NCBI GenBank assembly: GCA_951406725.2
Contig: OX597826.1
Span: 63,426,001-63,490,000, forward strand
DNA length: 64,000 bases
Reading direction: 5' to 3'
Origin: Octopus vulgaris
Taxonomy: Eukaryota
In this document: positions 24,075 through 35,489 of the stretch, piece after piece
How the letters are laid out: each line of letters starts with the position of its first letter
Position numbering within the stretch: the first letter of the stretch is position 1
Made by a program: the position numbers and the translations under genes
Notes under the pieces: model-generated
Told to the model about the DNA's origin: nothing
What the model saw: only the letters and a program-made list of their open reading frames with translations
The model's database searches: none

Positions 24075-24459
24075 AATTTTTTCTTTGAAAGCAGGGGCAT
24101 GGTGAAGGTTCACAAATTTGTTCAATAACTAAATATCACATATAGGGATTTATATATATATATATAATATATATATATATATGATATATATATATACATA
24201 TATATATACATATATATATATATATATTCAAGATAATGACTGGTGGCAGGAGCTAGCAATGCCTTTTTTGTTTTTTAATGGAGTGTGCTGGGACACATTT
24301 TAAGAGGAATAGAGAAAGCAAGATTTAATAATAATATAATTGGTCTTCTAGACTCCTGGGATTATTTTTTTCATTAAGTTTTTAGCTTTCTCTTTGTGTT
24401 TTCATTTTCATTTGGTTCTTTTATTTGTGTTTTTTTAATTAATCAATTAATTAATTTAT

Positions 24460-24640
24460 TTATTCAGTTTTCTCTTCATTCTTGGTTGATTTCTTAGGTG
24501 AAGAATCGGGGTACTGCACAGACATGGGTACTCTAGAAAGCAAAAGAATGTGACGCTCATATGCAGGACTGGCACGGAACAGATTATCGGTGCCATGAAG
24601 ACGATCAAGGACTCCGAGAATGCCATAGTTTTGGTTGAAC
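24460..24640 (-). CDS. FAXDC2: FAXDC2-like coding exon 6 (last)
   Basis: TAG|G acceptor; (K)FNQNYGILGVLDRLHGTDNLFRASPAYERHILLLS...EEKTE*, with TAA at 24460-24462; carries the NYG..G.LD.LHGT family motif. Confidence 0.93.
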
Positions 24641-25006
24641 CTAATAAGAATTGAAAAAAAAAAAGAAGCTGATTAGAATTATTGGTTTTGATGGAATGCA
24701 AATAGATTTTGGGTAAGGGAGAAGAATAACTAGATTAGATAAATGTTTTCTATTTTAGGCACAAGGCCTGAAATTTTGTGGGAGGAGGCCAGTCAATTAG
24801 ATCGAACCCAGTACTTCACTGGTACTTAATTTATCGACCCCAAAAGGATGAAAGGCAAAGTCGACTTTGGTGGAATTTGAACTCAGAACCACTAAGCATT
24901 TAGCCCGGCATGCTAACGTTTCTGCCAGCTCACCGCCTTCTAGATTAGATAAATGTCTGTATCATACAGACATTTATTCAATTGGGATAGCTTCACTTAT
25001 ATACAC

Positions 25007-25338
25007 TATTTACATCTGGCGGATATTTGTCCTCATCTTGTTTGTTGTTAAAACAACGTTTTGGCTGATATACCCTCCAGCCTTCATCGGGTGTCTTGGG
25101 GAAATTTCGAACCCAGATTCTCATTCCTAAGGTATTTTTTGATGATGATGATGTTGTTGTTGTTGGTATTATTATTATTCAGGTCACTGCCTGGAATCAA
25201 ACTCGGAATCTTGGGGTTACTAGCCCACGCTCTTAACCACTACGCCATATGCCCATGTTAACGACAAACAAGATGAGGACAAACATCTGTCAAATGTAAA
25301 TAATGTAAATAATTCCTCATCTCTTAAATATAGAACTG
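25007..25338 (-). mobile_element. Fold-back mini-element: tRNA-like head plus degenerate hammerhead plus inverted arm
   Basis: Arms ~25007-25051 and ~25258-25302 are reverse complements; tRNA-like head at 25178-25254; hammerhead-like motif at 25051-25094. Confidence 0.6.
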
Positions 25339-25947
25339 AACTCCAATATATCTTTCATATTTGATGGCATAAAAGACACACAGAAATATTAGACTTACCT
25401 CTATTTCAGCAAAAAGAAGTTTTTAGTGCATTAAACTGGCACTCCAGGGGTTACAACAATGAGGGTTGTAGTTAATCTGATCAACAGAACAGCCTTCTTG
25501 TGAAATTAATGTGCAAGTGGCTGAGCACTCCACAGACATGTGTACCCTTAATGTAGTTCTCAGAGGAAATTCAGCGTGACACAGAATGTGACAAAGCTGG
25601 TTTTTTGATTTACAGGTACAACTCATTTTTGCCAGCTGAGTAGACTGGAGCATCATGAAATAAAGTGTCTTGCTTAAGGACACAGTGCACTGTCAGGTTT
25701 TGAACTCATGACCTATTGCTAGTGAGCCAAATAACCTAACCACTAAGCTACAAACCTTCACATGGTTAGTGCATTAAAGCATGTAAAAAAGGCTCAACTT
25801 CACATAGAGGACCCAGGGTGGTTTTTTGAGATTATCTTTGTGGGAAAATGTGGGTCTTATACACCATCAAATATGGTACTTGATTTCAACCAAAGAAATA
25901 TTTTGGGGGTTAATTGCTAGAGCTTATGACGAAATTACTTTACTCAC

Positions 25948-26220
25948 TTGAGGTGATGAAAATCATGAGCTTCAGGTGATGGGAGAAAGGGGAAATGATA
26001 ACCACTGTGTGCTACTGTGGTGGACAGCAAAACCAGAGCGAACCACAGCCAAGATGTTGCCAGATGAGATCCCATAATGATGGGTCCAAGAACTGGTGGC
26101 AGCATGTTACTCATGACGTGTTCAAGTGGGTGAGCATAGACAGATACAAGGCCAACTGGAGCAGTCCATTCATGATGTATCTTGTGAACGTATTTGTATA
26201 AGGCTGGGTGATGCAGAAGT
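25948..26220 (-). CDS. FAXDC2: FAXDC2-like coding exon 5 (His boxes)
   Basis: (R)LLHHPALYKYVHKIHHEWTAPVG...HPLEH...HSGYHFPFLPSPEAHDFHHL(K); AG/GT boundaries, 273 nt, phases match neighbouring exons. Confidence 0.96.
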
Positions 26221-28275
26221 CTGAAAATAAAAATGAAATACAATTAAATAGATTTGATTTAGAAGCTAATTATAAAAGTAGATAATAGAAATTAGTTTTA
26301 CATTCATAATATAGGATAACACCCACCCCACAAAAAATAGGGTAATAGACACATCTCTTCTTTTTACATTATTGTTATCATCATCATCATTATCATCATT
26401 TTAACATCCACTTTTCCATACTAGTATTGGTCAGAAGGAATTCGTCAAGGTAGATTTTCCATGTGCCGATAGAAGACTGGAAACAAGGGGCACCACTGGT
26501 AGATGGAAATGCTCCTTTATCCCATGACATCAAGACAAAAGGCAACACACACATAGATACATAGGTACGTATGTATGTATGTATCTATGGATGGATGGAT
26601 GAATGCATATGATGGACTCCTTTCAGTTTCCATAAGCCAAATTCACTCCCAAGACTCTGATCAGCCTGGAGCTATATTAGAAGACACTTGCTCTGGGTAC
26701 TGAACATGATCACATGGTTGGAAAACAAGTTTGTTAACCACACAGCAATACCTGCACATACGTACATATCATCATCATGATGCTGGCATGGGTTGGACGG
26801 TTTGACAGGCGCTGGCCAGGCAGAAGACTGCACCAGATTTCTGTGTCTGTTTTGGCAGTTTTTACAGCTGGATGCCCTTTCTAACACCGACCACACAGCA
26901 GAGTGGACAGAGTACTTTTTATGTTGCACAAGCACAGGAAAGGTCAGTTTTGGCATGGTTTTTACAGCTTGATGCCCTTCCAAATGCCAACCATTATACA
27001 GTAAGGACTGAATGCTTTTCCTGTGCTGTTCAAAACTATAGTCACCCAAAATATAATTTCAATTTGTCAGAATAATACCAAATTGATAACAATGTTATTT
27101 TACTCTAAACTACTATAATAAAGTTTATTTTTGTCTTTTCTGAAACTAAATTTATTTTATATATTATAAATGTTATTTAATAAATAAATGCTATCCACAC
27201 TAAAAAATAGGTGAAAAGAAAGTATGTTTCAATAAAGCAGCAAACAAAAGACTTCGGGATAAATTCAAGTAGTATAAAATGTCTATTAAGATATGTAAAA
27301 AAAATTAAATAAAATAAAGAGAAAAACTGTGAGTTTAGAAAATAAAACAGTTTGAATATTTCAGTACTTTGTGAGATATTTTTTTAACAGAGAAAAGAAA
27401 CCTCAACTTCAAGTACATAAAGTTCATTAAAATGTCAATTTGGAACATTCTTCATCAAAAAAAGTAAAAAATAAATTGCTTAAATTCAAAATTATTTCAT
27501 TTTTATGACGGGCAGTTATAAAATGTAAGAGATTCAAGTCTAGAGTCTATTAAACTTTCATGTCAGTCTTAAAGTATATAAATTCAAAGTATAAACACTT
27601 ACAGGCAGGGCTGTGTGGTTAAGACACTTGCTTTGAAACCATGTGGTTTCAGGTTCAGACCTGCAGTGCAGCACTTTGGGCGAGTGCCTTCTACCACAGC
27701 CCTAAACTGACCAATGCTCCGTGAGTGATTTGGTAGGCAGAAACTGTGTGGACACCGCACAGAAATTGTGTGGCAAGCTGGCAGAAACAAGGCAAAATAA
27801 GGCAGCGAGCTGGCAGAAATGTTAGCACGCCAGGTGAAATGCTTAGCAGTATTTCATCTGCCGTTATGTTCTGAGTTCAAATTCTGCCGAGGTCGACTTT
27901 GCCTTCCATCCTTTCAGGGTCGATAAATTAAGTACCAATTATGCACTGGGGTCGATGTAATCGACTTAATCCCTTTGTCTGTCCTTATTTGTCCCCTCTT
28001 TGTTTAGTCCCTTGTGGGCAATAAAGAAATAAGAACCTGTGTGGAAGCCCATTGCATGTGTGCATGTGTGTGCACCTTTGTGTTTGTTGTCCATCACCAC
28101 TAGACAGCCGGTGTTGGTTTGTTTATGCCCCTGTCATTTAGCAGTTTGACAAAGAGACCAACAGAATAAATACCAAAGTACTGGGAGCAATTTGTTCAAC
28201 TAAATCCTTCAAGGCAGTGCCCCAGCTTGACCAAAATCCAGTGACTGAAACGAGTACAAGGTAACAGGTACTTAC

Positions 28276-28481
28276 CTGTGGGAGTAGTAAAATCCCAGTT
28301 CTTCAATAAGAGTGAATACGGCAATTTCCAAGAGAACCCACTGAAAGGTTGGCAGGTCTCCACTAACAGGACATCCTCTCCATTTCATAACTAAGCAAGT
28401 ACAAAAGCTCATTGGCAGGGCAACAACTGTTTGGTTAAACAAGGCTCTCAGACAAATTTTCTTCAAATCCTTCATTGCAAG
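28276..28481 (-). CDS. FAXDC2: FAXDC2-like coding exon 4
   Basis: LAMKDLKKICLRALFNQTVV...LPTFQWVLLEIAVFTLIEELGFYYSH(R); 206 nt, CAG / GTAAGT boundaries. Confidence 0.94.
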
Positions 28482-29629
28482 CTGAAAAGAGAATAAAGAT
28501 ATTTGAAAATAAATAGTTTATATCTAATAACAGTATGATATTTTTCAAAATTTAAGAAATTAGTTTCCATGCATTGTGGGGACATTTAATGTTTTAAACA
28601 GAGATATCTTGTCCGAGTATGAGTGATAAAGTTTTGTTGTTGTTTTGTGTGTGAATGAATGCCAATATTGCATATTCTACAACAAATTGCAAGAAGCAAG
28701 TTAATTCTAAAAATGTTTCCTCAGTGCGGTATATCAAGTATAATAGTTATTGCACATCAATGATGACAAATTTATTTTAGTATGTAGGGACAACAAAATT
28801 TACAATTCCTGGGTTTCATTTAATGCAAGCACATGTTGGATGAGGCCTTATTCATGAGGCATTATTTTACAGCTGGATGTCCTTTCTGTCACTAATCCTT
28901 CAAAATTTTTCATGCAGGGGATATTTATTCCACTTCTCTTCAAGAGCAAGAAGCTGCAGGACAATTTGTTGACAGGGGACATGAACATGAAGTTGTTGCT
29001 TATAAAATTTAGTGAGGACATCATAGAATGTAAGCACATACACAAAGGTAGACACACACACACACAGGTTTAATATCAACATATAACTTTCGCTTAAGTA
29101 TTCATAGAATGTAAGCAAGTGCACAGATCATACACAGAATGGGCTTTCATACAGATTCAATCTACTAATTTCATTCACAGAGCATTAGTCAACCTGGGGC
29201 CATATTGTCCAAGGTGTTGCACAGTGGGATAGAACCCAAAATCACATTCTTGCAAAGCAGACTTCTTAACCACATAGCTATGTCTGCATCTGTGGTATTC
29301 AATAATCACAAGAAGGATACATGTATCTAAGAGAGAAGAAGATGGGAGGAAAAAATCTGTAACTCTGCTTGAAGTATTCAAACACAGCTGTAAACCATAA
29401 AGTGGTTTGTATCTATAAACAATGAGGCATATTTTGGCAAGTTTCACAAATTTCCCTGTATCACCCCCATCCATCCCATCACACACACACTCTCTCTCTC
29501 TCTCTCTCTTTCTCTCTCCCTCTCCCTTACACTTCACCTCAAGGGTAGAGTAGCCAGGAATATACAGAGTATTAAATCCTATTCAACATGAAAAACTATT
29601 TGACTAGCAATGTCATTAATTCTTTAGCG

Positions 29630-29957
29630 TTTAAACTGGCCAGACCTGGCTCAAATATTCTACCAGTTTTATGTCCAAACTGACCAGATCTGGCTCAAAT
29701 AGTCTACCTGTTTTATGTTCAAACTGGCCAGACCTGGCTCAAATAGTCTACCTGTTTTATGTTCAAACTGGCCAGACCTGGCTCAAATAGTCTACCTGTT
29801 TTATGTTCAAACTGGCCAGACCTGGCTCAAATAGTCTACCAGTTTTATGTCCAAACTGACCAGATCTGGCTCAAATATTCTACCTGTTTTATGTCCAAAC
29901 TGACCAGATCTGGCTCAAATAGTCTACCTGTTTTATGTCCAAACTGACCAGATCTGG
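29630..29957. repeat. 42-bp minisatellite, ~8 copies
   Basis: Unit TTATGT(T/C)CAAACTG(G/A)CCAGA(C/T)CTGGCTCAAATA(G/T)TCTACC(T/A)GTT. Confidence 0.95.
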
Positions 29958-29977
29958 CCCCTCACACCACTTACCAA

Positions 29978-30377
29978 CTCTTTTACTCATTTTACTTGTT
30001 TCAGTCATTTGACTGCGGCCATGCTGGAGCACCGCCTTTAGTCGAGCAAATCGACCCCGGGACTTATTCTTTGTAAGCCCAGTACTTATTCTATCGGTCT
30101 CTTTTGCCGAACCGCTAAGTGACGGGGACGTAAACACACCAGCATCGGTTGTCAAGCAATGCTAGAGGGACAAACAAAGACACACAAACATACACATACA
30201 TACATATATATACATATATACGACAGGCTTCTTTCAGTTTCCGTCTACCAAATCCACTCACAAGGCATTGGTTGGCCCGAGGCTATAGCAGAAGACACTT
30301 GCCCAAGATGCCACGCAGTGGGACTGAACCCAGAACCATGTGGTTGGTAGGCAAGCTACTTACCACACAGCCACTCC
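29978..30377 (-). mobile_element. SINE family A, young copy
   Basis: Full length, close to the other young copies. Confidence 0.9.
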
Positions 30378-30594
30378 TACAATATTATTCTAAAAATAAA
30401 CACATCATTGAAATTTCAAAGCTACAAGATAATGCACGACTAATTCAAACCGATGTGAATAAATAAGCATTACACTAGGCAAAGTAATTTGAATACTAAA
30501 GGACTAAACCAGAACATTTCAGGGTGCAAATAATACATGAGATTAAGTCTGGATAATAAACAAGGGCATTTAAGTTCATTTGCATAATACTTAC

Positions 30595-30716
30595 CGGGGT
30601 ATTTTTATCAGGCTGGACTTTGTAGCGCAACAATGACGAAGGCATACCAGTGACGTCCAAAAATATAAGAAAACTGTTCGCCAACCAAAATACCGTAAAT
30701 GTAAACATAGTTGTTC
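30595..30716 (-). CDS. FAXDC2: FAXDC2-like coding exon 3
   Basis: (G)TTMFTFTVFWLANSFLIFLDVTGMPSSLLRYKVQPDKNTP; 122 nt, CAG / GTAAGT boundaries; D.TG.P..L.RY..Q..KN.P motif. Confidence 0.93.
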
Positions 30717-30889
30717 CTGAAATAACGAAGGTGGTTAGAGAAATAAATAAATATACAACTCATCATGGCATATATTTGCTTAGAAAGGTGCAAACCCAGG
30801 TCTGAAATTTTTTACAATTTTTTTTTTTTTTATCCTCTAGTTTCAGCTCAGAGCTGTGGCCATGCTGATGCACTGCCGTTTTGCTATAC

Positions 30890-31260
30890 TGTTATTACTA
30901 AGAGCCTCTTCTAATATGTGGCACTTGGTGAAGCATGGAGTTTGATATAGCTAGCCTCATTTGCACCTCTTGCCATGAGGTAGCTTCATCTGGGACTCTT
31001 GACAGGAAGAGGTCCAGCTTTGATTTAAAAACACCTACATCTACTTTGTGCAAGTTCCTCAGACTCTTTGGAAGAATATTAAAAAGCTGTGGGCCCTTGA
31101 AACCCAGGCTGTTGCAGTAACTGGTCCTGAAGCATGATGGCATTGCTGGGACCTTTGGCACTATGCAGTGTCGTCCCGTTCTGGCATTGGTGTAGCTTTC
31201 AATGCCAAAATTTGGCACAATTCCTTCCAGTATCTTTCAAATATATATTACTGCATACCC
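30890..31260 (-). mobile_element. CR1/L2-group LINE 3' fragment
   Basis: RTGRHC...NSLGFKGPQLFNILPKSLRN...VFKSKLDLFLSRVPDE, a typical ORF2 C-terminus. Confidence 0.75.
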
Positions 31261-31569
31261 GTAAAAAATCTGTAAAATTTAAGAGTGTTTGCTTACACCC
31301 CCATGCAACCCCTGTTCCCAGGCTTTTGTTTCATAGATTTCTAAGAACAGAATTCTCACCAATAGAAGTTATAGCAGTCACAAAAATAAAAAAAAAATAA
31401 AAGATAGTCATTAAAAAACACTGATTAATTTAAAATTGTTACCAACGTCTATACCTGTTGACAACCTCCACCATATACGTGTATGTGTGTGTGTGTATAC
31501 ACACACACTCACATAACAAAACCTCTATACACTAGAAACCCCCAAATAAGTATTATTCTCACCAGAATT

Positions 31570-31659
31570 ACCCTAGCTCAATCTTGTAAATATATAGTCT
31601 GACTCTCACCAAGCTTACATTTATCTGTAAATATATACACTGACTCTAACCCGGTTTAT

Positions 31660-31699
<40 letters not shown>

Positions 31700-31825
31700 C
31701 CGTAAATATATACATTTCGACTTTAGCCCAGTCTATATGTAACCTTAAATACCTGAAATTTGACTCTAGTCTAGTCTATAATATAACTGTAAATATATGC
31801 AGTCTGACTCTAACCAAGCTTATTG
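31570..31825. repeat. Degenerate ~42-bp minisatellite interrupted by (CA)n(TA)n
   Basis: Recurrent GTAAATATAT...(C/T)GACTCTAACCAAGCTTA motif, about 5 copies. Confidence 0.6.
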
Positions 31826-32870
31826 AAACACAGCCACTACATGAACGCAAGTATCACTTAGCACAGGTACCATATTTTAACTAATTGTTATAAGTACCCA
31901 TGTAGGCAAAAAGCAGACATAGATACATACTTCGTCTCACCATCCATGTCTCAGCAGAACAGCCAAGATGTGACAGCTGAAGGGAGAGAAGTTGCTGGAC
32001 CTTCATTTCATGAAACCAATATCAAGTTGTTGTTTTTTAAACTTTTTTTAATGATAGAACTTGAAGTAGATAAAACTATGTGGTAAGAAGCTTGTTTCTC
32101 AACCACACAGTTCTGCATTCAGCCCCGCTGCATGGCAGCACCTTGGGCAAGAGTCCTCAGCTATAATAACCTCGAGCCAACCAAAATTTTGAAAGAGGAT
32201 TTGGTAGACAGAAACTGAAAGAAGCCCGTCATATATATATATATTTGCCAGCCCCGTCTGGCACCTGTGCCAGTGGCACGTAAAAAGCACCCACTACACT
32301 CACGGAGTGGTTGGCGTTAGGAAGGGCATCCAGCCGTAGAAACATTACCAGATCAGACTGGGCCTGGTGCAGCCTTCTGGCTTCCCACACCCCAGTTGAA
32401 CCGTCCAACCCATGCTAGCATGGAAAGCGGACGCTAAATGATGATGATGATGATATATTCCATGTACAAAGCAACCATGCTGGTGACATGTATAAAGCGC
32501 CCTCTACATTCTGTAAAGTGGTTGGCATTAGGAAGGGCATCCAGCCACAGAAACCATGCCAAAACAGACAATTGAAACCTAGTGCAGTTCTTTGGCTTGC
32601 CAGCTCCTGTCAAAACTGACCAACCCATGAGAGCATGGAAAAACAGACTTTAAATAATAATGATGATGATTTACATGCTATTATAGCTTTAGCCATTTCA
32701 AGTTCCATCATTGAAAAACAAACCATTTCGTGTCTCTTGAAGTTTCTACCTTCTTATCTAGTTTATTGTTTCATAACAGAAAGAGAAAAAGAAATAAGCT
32801 TTTGAACCCTATAAAGATTTGCCCAGCCCTACCCACCACCATCTGTCAAAATTCACATCAATGAACTTAC

Positions 32871-32974
32871 CTACAACACCAACTAACATTTCATCTTCAT
32901 TGAACAAACTATAGATGTTGTTCCATGTTGTTTGCCAAAAGTCTCCAGAAGCACCCCAAAATCTTTGCATGTGC
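32871..32974 (-). CDS. FAXDC2: FAXDC2-like coding exon 2
   Basis: (W)HMQRFWGASGDFWQTTWNNIYSLFNEDEMLVGVV(G); 104 nt; H.Q.FWGASG.FWQ is characteristic of FAXDC2. Confidence 0.94.
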
Positions 32975-33272
32975 CTGAAAAGTGTTTCACAGTTTCGTAA
33001 GTCAGAGAATGAAGAGAAAATAGAAAAGCAAAAACATACATTAAGTGATATTAAGAATAACTAGAATAAGAGTGTGTGTGGATAGACTAACATACATTCA
33101 ACCTTGCTGTGTAGATAAAAAAAAAAAAAACCTTGTGATTAAAGCACAGGGCTTTCTCTGTAGAATGAACCAAATTTGGCTTATTTTGTTTAGTTAGAAG
33201 GGAGTGTGGAAAAGTTCCTGGTCTTGGGTAAATAAAATACAGGCGGATCAGTTAATTGTGATTTTATTCAAC

Positions 33273-33665
33273 TGGCTGTGTGGTAAGTAGCTTGCTAACC
33301 AACCACATGGTTCCGGGTTCAGTCCCACTGCATGGCATCTTAGGCAAGTGTCTTCTGCTATAGCCCCGGGCCGACCAATGCCTTGTGAGTGGATTTGGTA
33401 GGCGGAAACTGAAAGAAGCCTGTCGTATATATGTATATATATATATATATATGTGTGTGTGTCTGTGTTTGTCCCCCTAGCATTACTTGACAACCGATGC
33501 TAGTGTGTTTATGTCCCTGTCACTTAGTGGTTCGGCAAAAGAGACCGATAGAATAAGTACTGGGCTTACAAAGAATAAGTCCCGGGGTCGATTTACTCGA
33601 CTAAAGGCAGTGCTCCAGCATGGTCGCAGTCAAATGACTGAAACAAGTAAAAGAGTAAAAGAGTA
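33273..33665 (+). mobile_element. SINE family A, young copy nested in a mariner-type MITE
   Basis: Full length with AAAAGAGT tail. Confidence 0.9.
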
Positions 33666-33954
33666 TTCCCCTCTCAGATTCACACACTTATTGCAGCAGT
33701 CCTTCGGTTACTCTAACCCCTCTAAAAGATCTTGGAATGTTGGGCCTCCAACAAGGGCCTTTTGCAATACCCTAAAAGCCAGGAACTTTTCAGCAGCCCC
33801 TCGTATTGCTGCTTTACTTTGTAGAGTTACTTGTAAAAAATTCTACAAATGATAGACTCTTATTTTAGTCGGTTTCATATCAGTATATTGGCTAGCAATG
33901 CATGAATTGTAAATGTGATTTTATGTTCCATTTGCATCAATTTTTATCTAGACT

Positions 33955-34660
33955 GCAGCTGTTCTGAAGGGTTCTGTTTAATGTGTCGAAGGGTCCCTTG
34001 TGGGCCATAGTACACTCGTCCCACACAATAAGCTGACAGTGTTTCAGCATTTGGACCTGGTCAGAGTTCTTGCTTATATTGCAGGTAGGTGTTTTGACTT
34101 AGTTAAATTGAGGGGCAACTTAAAGGTGGAGAGTGAAGTTCTGTTGCCAGGCAGCAAAGTTACAGCAATCCCCAAAGATGCGACCGCAACTGCAAAGCTC
34201 TTTTGCATCAAAGCTCTTCGCTAGGATGAGCTCCATTAGAAAGGTTTTGCCTGTACCTCCTGGAGGATCAAGAAAAAAACAAACCACCTTTCAGTCACAA
34301 TAGTATAAACATGCCATTGAGTCAGAAGAAGCTTTGGTTCGGTTTCTAGGACGAAACTGGCAAGGGCATCTGTGTCATGGGACGTCTCTTGCAAAAGAGC
34401 TGTACAAAGTAAATTTGACTCTGAATGCAGCGGTTTACGCAGACCGCATGAGGGCAATTCATTCCCACCGAGTGATGCAGCCGTATTTTCAATGTCGATC
34501 AAGGCTTGATTGTATACCTCATCACTTATACTTTCTATCCCAGGAAAAAGCAACTTTGCCTGACGTATGAAGTCCTCCGATAAGTCGCCTTTAAATTTGA
34601 GCCACAAAGACAAAGGTTTGTTCAGTTCACAAATCTGCAGCATAAAAGCAAATAGAACTG
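33955..34660 (-). pseudogene. Decayed Helitron Rep/Hel helicase (Pif1-type) fragment in FAXDC2 intron
   Basis: Across frameshifts: LWLKFKGDLSEDF...YNQALIDIE...FLDPPGGTGKTFL (Walker A)...AVASLGIAVTLLPGNRTSLSTFKLPLNL...LIVWDECTMAHK (Walker B)...LNRTLQ. Confidence 0.88.
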
Positions 34661-34766
34661 GTGGTGCCCCAGTATGACCACAGTCCAATGACTGAAACAA
34701 GTAAAAAAAATTTTTTTTAAAGATAACAAAAAAGAAAGGAAAGAATAAAAAATTGAATAAACCCAC

Positions 34767-34936
34767 CATGTAATAGTGTTTCTAGCTGCAGCAAATACAA
34801 GCAAAGCAGTGCCAACAACAAAAGCGGCTTTCTTTACAGACTCAAAAAGTTGTGAATAATTCATTTTCTCTGCTGGCTGACCCCCAGGAGTTTTCTTTGC
34901 GATACAGGGTCCAGGTTTTGTGTTACAATCAGCCAT
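34767..34936 (-). CDS. FAXDC2: FAXDC2-like (fatty acid hydroxylase domain-containing 2) coding exon 1
   Basis: ATG at 34936, 4 nt after the acceptor at 34941-34943 (so a 5' UTR exon lies further upstream). MADCN...ESVKKAAFVVGTALLVFAAARNTIT(W), donor TG|GTGGGT. The six exons sum to 1056 nt = 351 aa + stop. Confidence 0.9.
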
Positions 34937-35489
34937 TATTCTGTAAAGATAAAAATGTGAAAATATAACAAAAATTTTCTGGCATACAAGTCATCAGAGA
35001 ATATAGAGTAAACATTCAAACATCATCACTATCATTCTAAAGACATCTAGGTGTACAAGTCAACCTACCTTTTTTTGGCTGTAAATTTTGGTCAGAAAAA
35101 TTCAAATTATGTGCCTGAAAATACAGTAAATCTCATTTTTAATCTTGCTTATTATTTTTTTGTTTGTTTTGTGCTTAAAAAGGGAATGCTTAGTTGCATA
35201 CAAGTTACAAAATCTTCAATGATGTTTTCATTAAATTATAAAACCTTTGGTGTTCTTTTGTAAATGACAGCAAACCCAGAGTAGAGAAAGTGTATCATTG
35301 ACGAGGCTGGGAATGGTAACACAAGATCTTTGACAAACCTAGCTGATTGAGTGAGTGACTAAACAATCAATCAAGCAATTGATTAGTTAATTGGTTAATC
35401 AATTGTCTAATGAAAATAAAGAAGTGAAACAGAACCAGTGTGTTTGTTGTTGGCATATATGCTTGTTTGTTGTTGATGGTGATATATGT

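Larger units (their letters stand above)
29617..30508. mobile_element. piggyBac-like MITE with amplified 42-bp internal unit and a nested SINE
   Basis: TTAA-TTCTTTAGCGTTTAAA at left; TTTGAATACTAAAGG-ACTAA at right (degenerate TIR/TTAA). Confidence 0.55.

Noticed and set aside
24456-24701. 81-aa ORF as the last FAXDC2 exon
   Set aside because: Wrong frame; the real exon is 24460-24640 in another frame.
25178-25254. Functional tRNA gene (also heads at 43570, 49388, 57625)
   Set aside because: A/B boxes are present, but the acceptor stem does not pair properly and each runs into repeat body sequence, so these are SINE heads.
29630-29957. CRISPR-like array
   Set aside because: Contiguous 42-bp units without unique spacers, no cas genes, eukaryotic intron.
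34236-34769. 177-aa ORF as a host gene or FAXDC2 exon
   Set aside because: It is a frameshifted Helitron helicase fragment, and FAXDC2 splices in phase without it.
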